A stretch of DNA of 64,000 bases from an uncultured bacterium (GTDB lineage: Bacteria > Krumholzibacteriota > Krumholzibacteriia > LZORAL124-64-63): the NCBI GenBank assembly GCA_963727525.1, contig CAVSGO010000007.1, positions 32,001 to 96,000 of the forward strand, in the 5' to 3' direction. Within the stretch, counting starts at the first letter, position 1; the number at the start of each line of letters is the position of its first letter. A program made the position numbers and the translations under genes. Of the stretch, positions 1 to 10,254 are shown piece by piece. A model generated the notes under the pieces. The model was not told the DNA's origin, did no database searches, and was given only the letters and a program-made list of their open reading frames with translations.

Positions 1-216
1 TACCGAGATTCAATCTATCTATCATACGGTCAGGATCGCCAGGGGCAAATTGAACAGATGATTGACGGACTGGAGGTGACATTGAGGTGCTTTCTACGAA
101 TGGCGTGCAGGTTTGCTGAGCGACGTGTAGAACGCGGTACTTGGACACTGTTGTGCGATGACCTCCAGAATCACTGCATTTTCAGTCTTGATACCGAACT
201 ATTTCGTGGGCGTTGA
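1..216 (+). CDS. 3' end of hypothetical protein (runs off window)
   Basis: Frame 1 is open from base 1 to TGA at 214-216 (YRDSIYLSYGQD...ELFRGR*); lower GC than the window. Confidence 0.4.
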   Translation, partial: YRDSIYLSYGQDRQGQIEQMIDGLEVTLRCFLRMACRFAERRVERGTWTLLCDDLQNHCIFSLDTELFRGR

Positions 217-299
217 GCTCCGAATCGCGCGGATTGCCGTGCTGAGGTTCGTGGTTCCAGAAGGTGAATGTACTGCCGCGGTCAAGGTCGTCCCGACCG

Positions 300-370
300 C
301 CGGCCGAGAGCCGCGGGGAGTCCAGTAGCGAAGGAATGCGGCACTGGATCTCGCCCGTATTGGACTCGCT
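300..370 (+). repeat. Imperfect hairpin repeat, possibly degenerate attC-like (copy A)
   Basis: agccgcggggagtccagtagcgaaggaatgcgg...ttggact matches 3868-3947; partial relatives at about 425-508 and 5640-5750. Confidence 0.5.
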
Positions 371-1191
371 GCTTGCCTGGCGCCGCCGTCTCCCGCCGCG
401 ACGACGGACCCTCGGCCCGGCGGGTGGAAGCCGCGGGGAGCGCCGGTAAACTGAAAATCGCGGGGGAATGTCTCGCCTCTATCGGACCATTCGCGCAAGT
501 GTTAGCTTGAAGCAGCTCCCGCCGGCGAAATACCGCGCCGGTTTGATCATGGCGGAGGAGCTGGGTATGTTGGCGAAACTGCTCTACGTCCGAACCAAGA
601 GTGCTTGAGAACGACCTAATTGCGATAGTTTTCGCATGAACGACGGGAGTAGATGGTGAAGCGAGGGCACCACGTCTATGGAAGCCGCGTAAAGTCGGAC
701 TCTAGGAAGTACATCTGGGCTGTCGGGGGTTTCGTCGTGGCGTCTGTATTTTGGCCTGCAGTTAACTACTTTCAACAACAGAAGAACGTTTCAGCAAACA
801 ATATTCAATTGATACTTAGTCTCCAGGCACGAAAGATCGAAGTACTGGCTCAAATTAGCGAATTGTCGGATGACTACAGTCGCATTGCCGGCACAGATGG
901 CGCATATGGCGATCCTGTGTTTACGAAGCGGATAGAAGAACTTGGGAATCGCCTGAAGCTCGAAAAGAAACTCTACCGTTCAACTGAACGCTATTTAGCG
1001 GCCATTGCGTATTCCGATGCAAACCGGCCACCCATTCCGATCGATGCCGGCCACCGATTCCGACGGAAGCCGGCCACCCATTCCGATCGATGCCGGCCGC
1101 CAATTCCGACGCAAACCGGCCACCTGTTGAGGTGACCACCGGCGGTCAGTGACGCGGGGCAACTCAGCCGGTACCGTGCTCGCTTTCTCGA

Positions 1192-2799
1192 TTGACCCAG
1201 AGGAAGGAGTCCGCGGTGCCGCAGAAGAGGTTGTCCATGCGCAAGATCAAAGAAGTCTTGAGGTTAAAGTATGGCTGCGGGCTGAGCGATCGTGCGATCG
1301 CCCGCAGCTGCAGCATCGCTCGCAGCACCGTGGCCGAGTACCTGCGGCGTACCGAGGGGGCCGGCCTCACCTGGCCGGTACCCGACGACGTCGACGAGGC
1401 GACGCTCGAGGCTCTGCTGTTTCCGCCGCCACCGGCGATCTCGGCCGATCAGCGTCCCCTGCCGAACTGGCGCGACGTGCACCTGGACCTGAAACGGCAT
1501 AAGGGTGTGACCCGGTTCCTGCTCTGGCAGGAGTACAAGGCGGGGTATCTCGACGGCTACCAGTACAGCCGCTTCTGCGAGCTGTACGATCAGTGGTGCG
1601 GCCGCCAGGACCTGGTGATGCGCCAGACCCACCGGGCGGGCGAGAAACTGTTCATCGACTACGCGGGCCAGACCGTGCCGATCGTCGACCGCGGGACCGG
1701 CGAGATGCGTGAGGCTGAGATCTTCGTCGCCGTACTCGGGGCCAGCAACTACACCTACTGCGAGGCGACGTGGACACAGTCCCTGCCGGACTGGATCGGC
1801 TCCCACGTGCGCGCGTTTCGCTTTCTTGGCTCCGTGCCTGAGGTCCTCGTGCCGGACAATCTGAAGGCCGGCGTCACCAGTCCTCACCTCTACGAGCCGG
1901 ACCTGAATCCGACGTACCAGGAGATGGCCGACCACTACCAGGTGGCGGTGATGCCGGCCCGGGTGCGCCGGCCAAAAGATAAGGCCAAGGCCGAGGCGGG
2001 CGTGCTGCTGGTCACGCGGTGGATCCTGGCGCGGCTGCGCCACCGGACCTTCTTCTCGCTCGCGGAGCTGAACGAGGCGATCGGCGAGCTGCTCGTGGAG
2101 CTGAACGAGCGGCCATTCCAGAAGCTCGAGGGCAGCCGGCGCAGCCTGTTCGAGGAGTTGGACCGACCGGCGCTGCGGCCGTTGCCAGAGGCGCCGTACG
2201 AGTACGCCGAGTGGTGTCAGGCCAAGGTGAACATCGACTACCACGTGGACGTCGCCCGGCACTACTACTCGGTGCCTCACGAGTTGGTCGGTGAGCGCTG
2301 CGAGGTGCGCCTGACCGACGCCACGGTGGAGGTCTTTTATCGCAGCCGGCGAGTGGCCAGCCATCGGCGCAGCCGGCGCCGGGGCGGCCACACGACCGTG
2401 CGTGCACACATGCCGGAGTCGCACCGCCAGCACGCGGAGTGGACACCCGAACGCCTGGTCCGCTGGGCGAGTGAGTCCGGTGAGGCCGTCGCCGAGGTGG
2501 CGCGGCAGATCCTCGATCGGCGCCCGTTGCCTCAGCAGGGATTCCGCTCCTGTCTGGGCGTGATCCGTCTCGGCGAGCGCTACGGTCACGATCGCCTCGA
2601 GGCCGCCTGCCGTCGCGCTCTCGCGACCGGGGCGTGCAGCTACCGCAGCCTCGAGTCGATCCTCAAGAGCGGCCTGGACCAGAAGCCGCTGCCGCAGCCG
2701 GATGCGCCACCACCGCCGATCACGCACGGCAATATCCGCGGTGCTGACTACTACGCGCCCGAACTGCCGCTGCTCGAGGAAGGAGGCCGGCCATGCTGA
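1192..2799 (+). CDS. istA: IS21 family transposase IstA (true start may be GTG 1216 or ATG 1237)
   Basis: N-terminal HTH, LFIDYAG, VPDNLKAGV, PKDKAKAE, HGNIRG motifs. Confidence 0.96.
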   Translation: MTQRKESAVPQKRLSMRKIKEVLRLKYGCGLSDRAIARSCSIARSTVAEYLRRTEGAGLTWPVPDDVDEATLEALLFPPPPAISADQRPLPNWRDVHLDLKRHKGVTRFLLWQEYKAGYLDGYQYSRFCELYDQWCGRQDLVMRQTHRAGEKLFIDYAGQTVPIVDRGTGEMREAEIFVAVLGASNYTYCEATWTQSLPDWIGSHVRAFRFLGSVPEVLVPDNLKAGVTSPHLYEPDLNPTYQEMADHYQVAVMPARVRRPKDKAKAEAGVLLVTRWILARLRHRTFFSLAELNEAIGELLVELNERPFQKLEGSRRSLFEELDRPALRPLPEAPYEYAEWCQAKVNIDYHVDVARHYYSVPHELVGERCEVRLTDATVEVFYRSRRVASHRRSRRRGGHTTVRAHMPESHRQHAEWTPERLVRWASESGEAVAEVARQILDRRPLPQQGFRSCLGVIRLGERYGHDRLEAACRRALATGACSYRSLESILKSGLDQKPLPQPDAPPPPITHGNIRGADYYAPELPLLEEGGRPC

Positions 2800-3551
2800 C
2801 CAACCCGACGGTGGAGAAGCTGCGCGAGATGAAGCTCGCTGGCATGGCCGATGCCCTGGTCGAACAGCTGAGCGACCCGGACACCACGGCGCTGTGTTTC
2901 GAGGATCGGCTCGGCCTCTTGGTCGATCGCGAGCAGACCGCGCGGGCGAACCGTCAGCTGAAGACGCGATTGACCCAGGCCAGGCTGCGGATGTCTGCCT
3001 GCGTCGAGGACATCGACTACCGCAGCCGGCGCGGCTTAAGCAAGACGGTGATCCGAGGTCTGACCGATGGCCGCTGGCTCGCCGAGTACCTCAACGTGCT
3101 GATCACCGGGCCGACAGGCGTCGGCAAGACGTACCTCGCCTGTGCCTTGGCCCAGCAAGCTTGCCGCCGGGGCCGGCGGGCGCTGTACCTGCGGCTGCCG
3201 CGGCTGTGCCATAGTCTGGAGATCGCTCGAGCTGACGGCAGCTACCACGACCAGCTGGCCAAGCTCGCGCGGCAGGACTTGCTGGTGCTCGACGACTGGG
3301 GCCTGGCGCCGCTGTCGCCAGCCGGCCGCCGGGACCTGCTGGAAATCCTCGACGACCGCTACCAGCGGCGGTCGACCCTGATCACCAGCCAACTGCCCGT
3401 CGCGAAGTGGCACGAGTATCTGGACGACCCGACGCTGGCCGACGCGATCCTCGACCGCGTGATCCACAATGCCCACCGGATCGAGCTGAGCGGCGACTCG
3501 CTGAGAAAGAAGAAGGGAGAATCGTTGACGACGACGAACGAGGCAGGTTAG
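2793..3551 (+). CDS. istB: IS21 helper ATPase IstB
   Basis: Walker A GPTGVGKT, LLVLDDWG, ITSQLP, DAILDRVIHNAHRIEL; overlaps the istA stop. Confidence 0.97.
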   Translation: MLTNPTVEKLREMKLAGMADALVEQLSDPDTTALCFEDRLGLLVDREQTARANRQLKTRLTQARLRMSACVEDIDYRSRRGLSKTVIRGLTDGRWLAEYLNVLITGPTGVGKTYLACALAQQACRRGRRALYLRLPRLCHSLEIARADGSYHDQLAKLARQDLLVLDDWGLAPLSPAGRRDLLEILDDRYQRRSTLITSQLPVAKWHEYLDDPTLADAILDRVIHNAHRIELSGDSLRKKKGESLTTTNEAG

Positions 3552-3859
3552 AAGTAAACTCCCGCGTCACTGCGCTCCGGCAGGTGGCCGGAACGCTTCG
3601 GAATGAGCGGCCGCTTTGCTCTGGATTAGGCGGCCGGCATGCGTCGGATCAGGTGGCCGGCATCGCTTGGATTCGGTGGCCGTTTTCGTCGGAATACGCA
3701 GCCATCGAGAAAAGAGATGAAGAGCCTCCGCTACAACTTGAATTCCGGCAGTTGGGTATACCGGGCGCGCCTAGTCATCTGCAGTGGCGCTAGCTGCGTC
3801 ATAGATATGGAGAACGACGCAGGATTGCGGCGAGTGCCGGTTGCACCACTTGGCTCTTG

Positions 3860-3947
3860 AATGCAGCGGTCGAAAGCCGCGGGGAGTCCAGTTGCGAGGG
3901 AGTGCGGAGTGGGGCTTTGATCCTTCGTTGGACTGCTTGTGTCAGCG
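3860..3947 (+). repeat. Imperfect hairpin repeat, possibly degenerate attC-like (copy B)
   Basis: agtcca...cgaggga / tccttcg...tggact arms ending in GTCAGCG; downstream of the stop at 3793, as copy A is downstream of the stop at 216. Confidence 0.5.
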
Positions 3948-4062
3948 GCTGGCAGAAATAGCGAACAGCCCTTGGCGGGTAGCTTTCTTCAGGCTTGCCG
4001 ACGGGACATCTCCAGCCTGTGCCCCCGGGACTTTTGATATAGGTGCTTACGGCTGTGTGTGG

Positions 4063-5535
4063 CTATGTACCCAGTGAGAGGTCGCGCTTACCGCGGTTAC
4101 ATTCGCGACATAGCGTCCATAGGTTGTCTTCGACCGTCCTCCCCCAAGCGGATACGGCAGTCTTGTGGTCGACCTCGAGGTGAATACCTGAGTCTTCGGC
4201 CGCCGACCGTCCGCATAACTGGCAGCGGAAACTATCCCGTTTCATGATCAAAAACCGCAGGCCAGCGGTCAACTTCGAACGCTCCGTAGCCATCCACTCG
4301 ATTGTCGGTTTCTCGTGAGATGATACGTTCTTTGGAGACTTGCCGGGCGCAGGCGGGGCGGGTGACTGTGTGGCAGAATGGGCGGCAATGACGTCTCTGC
4401 CATATGCGAGGCTCTGCTTTATACTGATGACGACACCCGGCTCAGAGACAAAGCAATCTGTGTCTTCGCTTCGCGGTGGTCTCCCGGTTCCCTTCGTGTA
4501 GCCGGATACCCAAGTCTTTCCGAAAACCACATTCCCGGCAGGGTCATGCCCACACACGGATTTGTCCTGATAGCTTCGCCAGTGTCCCGCAACTGCATAG
4601 CTGTAAGGAGGGGGAGTCCAGGATCTAGTACTTGGGCGGATCTCAACATGCGGACGAATGATGCGGACGCTTTTTATGACTCGAAACTTCGGCGCGTGAT
4701 TTCGTGAGACGCGCTTTCTGGACCGCTTGCGCGGACGATCAGACTTGCTTGTCGAAATCGAAACCGGCTCGTCGGCTACAAGATCATACATAAAATCGAT
4801 ATATGACGGAAGATAAAGGCCAAGACGTGCAAGTTCAAACAAACCGCCAAAACGATCGTGATTCTCCGCGCCGGTTTCCCGTACGTTTTCGATTATTTGC
4901 GGTGATGGCGTGGCAGGTCGGTAAAGATGCGCTTGCATTTCATCGAGTAAGTAATCTGTGTAGACCCCGCTCATAATAAAGCGCCATTCCGTTTCTCCGG
5001 GATCCGGTCCAAGAATCGTGTATCGATCCCACTCCACAAGAGGCGCCGACTCAATTTCCGGATCACGGGAGGACCGCGACTCAGGCATAGCCGCAAAAGT
5101 TATAGTCGTAGCGAGCAGGCAGGCCGGAAGGTCACCGAAATTCTGAAACCTCATAGTAACGGAAACGAACGGGCCAGACCTAGCAAGGGCGGCGTCTATG
5201 ATACCGAGACCGCCACTGAACCAGGGAAGTGAAATAAGCGGTTCGGACAAGGGCAGCGTCAAGGACTGATAAAACGCTGCATGACCGTCTGAAAACAGCG
5301 AGAGGGTTGGTGGGGCAGGTAAACTCGAGGTTGCGTAGTCGAGGAAATCTTCGAAGTCGAGACGCAAATAATCCCGCTGCGTGGATAACCTACGAATAGT
5401 CGGACTAGGTACTAGGCACCCTAACACCGGAGCTAATAGAGGCTTAACGCCTCGATTCTTTCCCCTCACTATGGGGAATATCTCGTCGAAGAGATCGGCG
5501 ACCACAGCTTCGAGCTGATGGATGAAGTCGGTCAC
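4063..5535 (-). CDS. HNH endonuclease domain protein (C-terminal HNH)
   Basis: LRFLIMKRDSFRCQLCG...LEVDH...NLWTLCRECNRGK; long uncharacterised N-terminus with VAGHWR...WVSGYTKG motif. Confidence 0.85.
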   Translation of the reverse strand: MTDFIHQLEAVVADLFDEIFPIVRGKNRGVKPLLAPVLGCLVPSPTIRRLSTQRDYLRLDFEDFLDYATSSLPAPPTLSLFSDGHAAFYQSLTLPLSEPLISLPWFSGGLGIIDAALARSGPFVSVTMRFQNFGDLPACLLATTITFAAMPESRSSRDPEIESAPLVEWDRYTILGPDPGETEWRFIMSGVYTDYLLDEMQAHLYRPATPSPQIIENVRETGAENHDRFGGLFELARLGLYLPSYIDFMYDLVADEPVSISTSKSDRPRKRSRKRVSRNHAPKFRVIKSVRIIRPHVEIRPSTRSWTPPPYSYAVAGHWRSYQDKSVCGHDPAGNVVFGKTWVSGYTKGTGRPPRSEDTDCFVSEPGVVISIKQSLAYGRDVIAAHSATQSPAPPAPGKSPKNVSSHEKPTIEWMATERSKLTAGLRFLIMKRDSFRCQLCGRSAAEDSGIHLEVDHKTAVSAWGRTVEDNLWTLCRECNRGKRDLSLGT

Positions 5536-5770
5536 AACGCTACCTCAGTCGATTACACCATCACTCGATCAGCGGCTTCGTGTATTGTATAATGCCGGCG
5601 TGGCGTCTCGGTGTCCACAACGTACTGGTTGGCCGGCGAACCGGAGCGTCCAGATAGGAGCTATAGTCCCTGGGATGCTGCTCGTATCGGACAAACCGGT
5701 CAGATAGCAACCCCGTCTCCCGCCCGCGGACCGACTCTCGCCCCGGCGGCCGGCCGTAGCCAGTCGTGTC

Positions 5771-6250
5771 CTATTCCGAGCCAAGGTCCATTGGGATCGC
5801 ATATGTGTGGCCGAATTTGGGAGCGACCTGGTCCAAACGGTGAATGAATTCATCCCACGTCTGGCACAAACGCATGACGAATACCACGCCGCCTAGGTGT
5901 TCGCGGAGCTTGGGGTGCCCAATGTCTGCCGTCAGACGTCGGTGGTAGTGAGTCTTGAGTGCACCCCTGCTGTTGCGGGGCGTAATACGGCGCAGTTCTT
6001 CAAGGACGCCAGGCGCAAGCCGCGAATAGACAACTTCGTTCGTTAGCTTCCCAACCTGCCATGGCTTGCTGACGCCCTTGTCAGGCGGGTACTCCCATCC
6101 CTTCAGACGGTACATATGGCGGTAGAAGTCGTCTGGGAAAGTCTTTACCCACGGCCGGATCTCGTCCGCTATAAATCTCTCCAGAATGACGGCCAGAGCA
6201 TTCCTGGCGCGCTCATCTTGATAGCCGGTTGCTTCGTCAACCAAGGCCAC
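5771..6250 (-). pseudogene. P63C-domain protein, C-terminal part only
   Basis: ALVDEATGYQ..R..AL..IL..FI..E...WVKTFPDDFY...LKGW and VYSRLAPGVLEEL motifs; the usual N-terminal half is absent. Confidence 0.75.
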
Positions 6251-6411
6251 CTCTTCTTGCTGTATTTAAATATGTTACACAAGTTCGCGGCCCCAATAAG
6301 AGCACCGGATGCAGCTACACCATTGGGTCGCGGCAATCATGTAGGGGGTATGTGCAACGAGATCACCCTGGGCGGCATTGGAGCGGGGAGGGCCAGAAGC
6401 CTATCGCGTTC

Positions 6412-6567
6412 TCATTCCCGGTTCAGCATCTTCCGGCGTTCCTTCGGGTCGTCGAACGAGACCGCCATCGGGTCGAACTCCTCGGGGGCGTGCGAACCGC
6501 CGCACCACTTCAGATAAGAGTCGTGTTCCTTGTGTTTGGAAGTGTGGATCGCCTTCAGCGCTTCCTG
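6412..6567 (-). pseudogene. C-terminal fragment resembling plasmid pRiA4b ORF-3 family
   Basis: Manual translation QEALKAIHTSKHKEHDSYLKWCGGSHAPEEFDPMAVSFDDPKERRKMLNRE*; no start. Confidence 0.55.
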
Positions 6568-6587
6568 TTATTCGCATCACGTCCGCC

Positions 6588-7142
6588 TTATTCCTCGCCT
6601 ATCTTTTTTTCCAGGTTGAGCGACGATAGAGCAAGTTGGAGATCATCGAAGTTGCACACCCATTGTGTTCCATCGGCCAACCTAACTCGCGCAACATAGG
6701 TGACTGTTGTTAGCAGTTCCGCCGCATCATTATCTCGCGCCCGCCATTCGCCACTAATGGTCGCAGGCCCGGTCGAAAAGTCCTTCGGCTCCGTGTTCGC
6801 GAGGTTCTGCATATGTTTCCCAAATACATCGTAAAGCGCGGTCCGCACCTGTATAGCCGTAATCGGCTGCTGTGCGATCAATTCGGTCTTGCCGCTTATG
6901 CGAAATCCGCGGTCTTTGTAGATGAAAGAACTCGTATGGCTGACAATCTGCACCGGACAACTGGCCTCATTGAACAGCACGCTTTCGCGCTGCATTGACG
7001 AGCCTTCATTGATATCCACCCCAGAAATCTTGAATGAAAATGGGCCATCCGGTTGCCTCGAGATATTGTAGTCGCCCGCGTATACCGGGCCGGCGATAGC
7101 GGCTACGAAAGCGATCACTGCGACGCACAATTCCTTATTCAT
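6588..7142 (-). CDS. Secreted hypothetical protein (gene cassette)
   Basis: Signal peptide; begins 18 bp after the attC R' box; RBS-like GAGGGG upstream. Confidence 0.8.
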   Translation of the reverse strand: MNKELCVAVIAFVAAIAGPVYAGDYNISRQPDGPFSFKISGVDINEGSSMQRESVLFNEASCPVQIVSHTSSFIYKDRGFRISGKTELIAQQPITAIQVRTALYDVFGKHMQNLANTEPKDFSTGPATISGEWRARDNDAAELLTTVTYVARVRLADGTQWVCNFDDLQLALSSLNLEKKIGEE

Positions 7143-7159
7143 CCTGAGCCCCTCTGTAA

Positions 7160-7261
7160 GTATAACGCCTACGGCGAGCAGCTGGTGGGCCTAACGCAAC
7201 GCCTGCGCGTGCGGACGAGGTGACGGACCGATCCGGCTGCCTCATGGCTAACTAGATAGCC
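7160..7261 (-). other. Integron attC site (R'' degenerate)
   Basis: Minus strand GGCTATC...gcagc...gtcac...gctgc...GTTATAC; same layout as the attC at 33426-33525; starts right after the stop of 7263..7886. Confidence 0.7.
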
Positions 7262-7262
7262 T

Positions 7263-7886
7263 CTACTTCCAACCGCAAGTGGTTTGCAAGGGTTTCACTG
7301 CTTCTGCGAGTCCCCGAATGTCGAATACGGCTGTTACGGGACTTTCGCTATAGGGAGTAACCTGCGCAACTAACTTATCCGCTTTGACTAGGCGGCGTAT
7401 GAGGTCGATCGCACTTGCGGGATAGAAAGTCGCTTGGCTGTCGGTGGAAAGCCCCCACTGGGAAGTCCTAGCCTGTTCCGTCCCTACGCGGTAAGTAACT
7501 TGCGCTTCGCTTCCGAGGTAGTTATTCCAATTTATATAGATTTCTGTCTTGTTGCTCTGGCACCTGAGAACGAGAACGATCGGTTTGCCCCACGTCGACT
7601 GGCCCGTATCTGCCTCGAGCGCCAATACAACAGTTTTTGTGTCGTCGATGGGGTTGACATTTTGCTTAATCTTCCACTTTCCAGACCCAGCGACCGCAAC
7701 TTCAGACGAGGTCGCAACCAGACCTAGTTCGCGAGCGATAGAATCGTAGCATTCCAAGCGTTCGAGGTCCCCGTCTATACCGGCACACTTTGCAATTCGC
7801 GACCGCAACTCGCCTTCCTGTGCAACTGAGTATGTTGGGATTGCGACTACTGTTGCAATTCCAATTAACAGGGTGAGCGCCTTCAT
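7263..7886 (-). CDS. Secreted VasI/TagO-like (T6SS-associated family) protein (gene cassette)
   Basis: Signal peptide; CAGIDGDLERLECYD, GKW..NPIDDT, LVLRC..NKTEIYINW, STDSQATF, PL...CGW. Confidence 0.7.
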   Translation of the reverse strand: MKALTLLIGIATVVAIPTYSVAQEGELRSRIAKCAGIDGDLERLECYDSIARELGLVATSSEVAVAGSGKWKIKQNVNPIDDTKTVVLALEADTGQSTWGKPIVLVLRCQSNKTEIYINWNNYLGSEAQVTYRVGTEQARTSQWGLSTDSQATFYPASAIDLIRRLVKADKLVAQVTPYSESPVTAVFDIRGLAEAVKPLQTTCGWK

Positions 7887-7969
7887 CGTGCCTCCGCTCC
7901 GTTAGCCTAGCTAGAATTATTGATGCCTTGGTATCTCGATACGGAGCCCTGAGTGGCTGGACGGCGCAG

Positions 7970-9800
7970 GCGTATAGGTCAAACAGACCACGTTTTCGGA
8001 ACCCCTCCCCCACATGGCGCCGACTCGCGAGCTCGATTCTACCACACTTTTGCCGCGCCTTCGCATGAGACTCGTCCGTGAACCTCGCGACACGCCCGTT
8101 GTGAGCGGCTCGAGGCGTCATTCCGCGGTGCCAATCGCCAGATTTCGTCCCCGCCGCGCAGACTGCTCCCACCGGCCGACTGTCGGGCCTCGCCCCTTGA
8201 CGATTCCGAAGCTCGGGTTCTCAGTCCGCGTCCGGCAGGCCGGCTGTCTGATCCACCTCGTCCCAGATCACTGGACCGCTCGCCTGCGCGAACTCCAGTT
8301 CTCCTTGCGGCGGTGAGCGCGCCGGCAACGTGGCCGGCGGCTCACTCTCCAGATCGAGGTGATCGAGGATCCGCTTGATCACCACCGGGTCCAGGATGAA
8401 GGACAGGATCGTCATCGGACTACCGCAGCGCGGGCATTGCAAAGGCCGCGCGTCGTAGATGCGAGCCAAGAGCAGCGCCCAGCTACGCGACGCTTTGGGG
8501 CGCGGCTGGGTCGCTTCCGTCATCCCCATCGCAGCCCTGGCGCGCTCGAGCGCGAGCAGCACCGTGCCGGCGGGACCGGCGGTCTGTGTGACCGCCCGGC
8601 GCAGCTTCGCCCCTGGAGCGAAGACCCCACAGTACCGATGGCGGTGCTTGCGTGGTGGGGCGAGCAAGTCGACCACGCGCTCGAGGAACTCCAGCGGGCT
8701 CAGCAGGATCTCCGTGCGGCCGTCTGGTCGTGGTCGGCGCAGGCGGTACACCAGGGTGTCGGCATTGAGGCGGCCCAGGCGGCCGGCGGCCAGGGCCGGT
8801 CGCGCGCAGTAACGCACCAGTCGCTCCAGGCCCTGGCGGTCCCAGTCGGCAAGCCTGACCTCGGCGTGCACGGACCAGCCGCCGCCGTGTTGCCAGGTGC
8901 GCATCTCGCTGGCGGCGGCGGCGTCCAGGTGGCCGTGTTTCACGAGCCAGCGCAGGCCGCGGTGGCGGAGCTGATCGCGGACGCGCGTGATGGCGGCCTC
9001 GTCGAGATGGGTGGCCGGATGGAAGACCGCAGCTTCGGCGTCGTCCTCGTCGGCGCTGAACACCCCGTCGGTCACCAGCACATGGAAGTGGACGTGGCTG
9101 TTGAGAGCGTCGCCGAAGCGGTGGACGAAGAGGATGGCGCCGAACTGGGCGTCCGGTGGCGCACCGGGGCTCGCCCGGCGCACGGCTGCCTGCACCGCCC
9201 GCAGGAAGATCCTCGCCAGGCCGTCGACGACCTCGGGCTTGTGCTTGAGGAACCAGCGCACCCGCTTGGGCATCGAGACCACCCACTGCCGGTATGGGAC
9301 GCGTGGCAACACCTCGTCGACGAGGTGGGCGGCTGTCTCCACCATGCGGCGCGTGCCGCAGGATGGGCACAGGTCACGGACCTTGCAACTGAAGGGCACC
9401 AGGATACTCGTGTTTGCACGATGCGCAGCGCACGCGGGCGAAGCCGTGGGCCGGGATGCCGCAGCGCAGGTACTCGCGCAGGGCGCGCTCGGCGGCCGGG
9501 CGCACCGGGCGCAGGTCGGGATCGCGGGATCGCGCCAGGGCGAGGAACGTCTCCAGGTGCTCGCGCACGGTGCGGTGCATGACCGTCGCGGCGGGCTGGC
9601 GGGGGCGGTAGATGGCGGGGCAGGTGGCGGTGTCGGTGGCGAAGGGCATGGTCGCCTGCCGTCGCCGCGGGGCGTCGGGAGGCGGGTGATGGCGTCAATG
9701 GTGGGAGACGGGAGGGATCGCGCACGGAGCGCGAACGCCGGAGATGCATGTCGCGGGCCTCGCTTCGGCGACAGGGGACGAAAGTCATGTCACGTCGCCG
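7970..9800 (-). mobile_element. IS91/ISCR-like rolling-circle element, copy 1 (type-A ori end at 7970; ter end undefined)
   Basis: Transposase followed by about 250 bp of 3' region ending GTTTGACCTATACGC; no terminal inverted repeats or target duplication. Confidence 0.88.
8221..9649 (-). pseudogene. IS91-family Y2 transposase (Zn-binding + HUH), +1 frameshift near 9405
   Basis: YLRCG..HGFARVRC, PFSCK...CPSC, YRQWV, HRFGDALNSHVHFHVLVTDG, LVRYCARP, HRYCGV, CPRCG; split over ORFs 9374..9649 and 8221..9399. Confidence 0.9.
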
Positions 9801-9804
9801 CTGG

Positions 9805-10086
9805 TCAGCGACGGTCGATGAGCACCAGCAAGCTGCGGATGTAGTCGCTGCCCACCCAGGTGTGGGGCATGTCGCCGATGAAGTGGGCGGTCTGCGGATT
9901 GTGCCATACCACCTCGGGCCACTGGCGCCAGCCGACGGGGGTGCGGTGGGCGAGAAAGAACGTGAGCGCCTCTCGAGCGCGATCGTCCCAGCCCAGGCCC
10001 GCGAAGGCGCCGATGTTGCGGATCTCGTACGGCGTGAACGCATCCCATGGCGCGCCGTCGCGGCGAGCGGTGAAGAAGTCCCAGTA
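9805..10086 (-). pseudogene. 3' fragment of six-hairpin glycosidase-like gene (copy 1)
   Basis: WDAFTPYEIR...GWRQWPEVVW...FIGDMPHTWVGSDYIRSLLVLIDRR*; near identical to 19278-19559. Confidence 0.8.
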
Positions 10087-10254
10087 ACGAGTCGATCATC
10101 CTGACGCCGGCAGCCCTCGTATCAGGTTGATAATGATTTCTGGGAATTTTACTAAAGAAAACATCAAAGACAAGAAAACGCGGCCGATCACTCGGGGACA
10201 TGGAGGGTTCATGGCTGAATACCGCAAGGGTGCTACAAGCAGGAGCGCGAGAGC

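Larger units (their letters stand above)
1006..3700 (+). mobile_element. IS21 family insertion sequence, intact
   Basis: Ends TGCGTATTCCGA.../...TCGGAATACGCA; about 22-bp subterminal repeats at both ends; 5-bp direct repeat GCCAT at 1001-1005 and 3701-3705; istA/istB inside. Confidence 0.97.
653..3793 (+). pseudogene. Membrane-anchored coiled-coil hypothetical protein split by IS21
   Basis: N-part 653-1005 (TM segment, ...ERYLAAI) continues in frame after the IS as EKRDEEPPLQ...LQWR* at 3706-3793 once the IS and one GCCAT copy are removed. Confidence 0.75.

Noticed and set aside
1006-1125. About 22-bp tandem repeats that look CRISPR-like
   Set aside because: No unique spacers; they are IS21 subterminal repeats mirrored at about 3580-3700.
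7263-7886. Type VI secretion locus
   Set aside because: Only a lone VasI/TagO-like cassette gene; no core T6SS genes.
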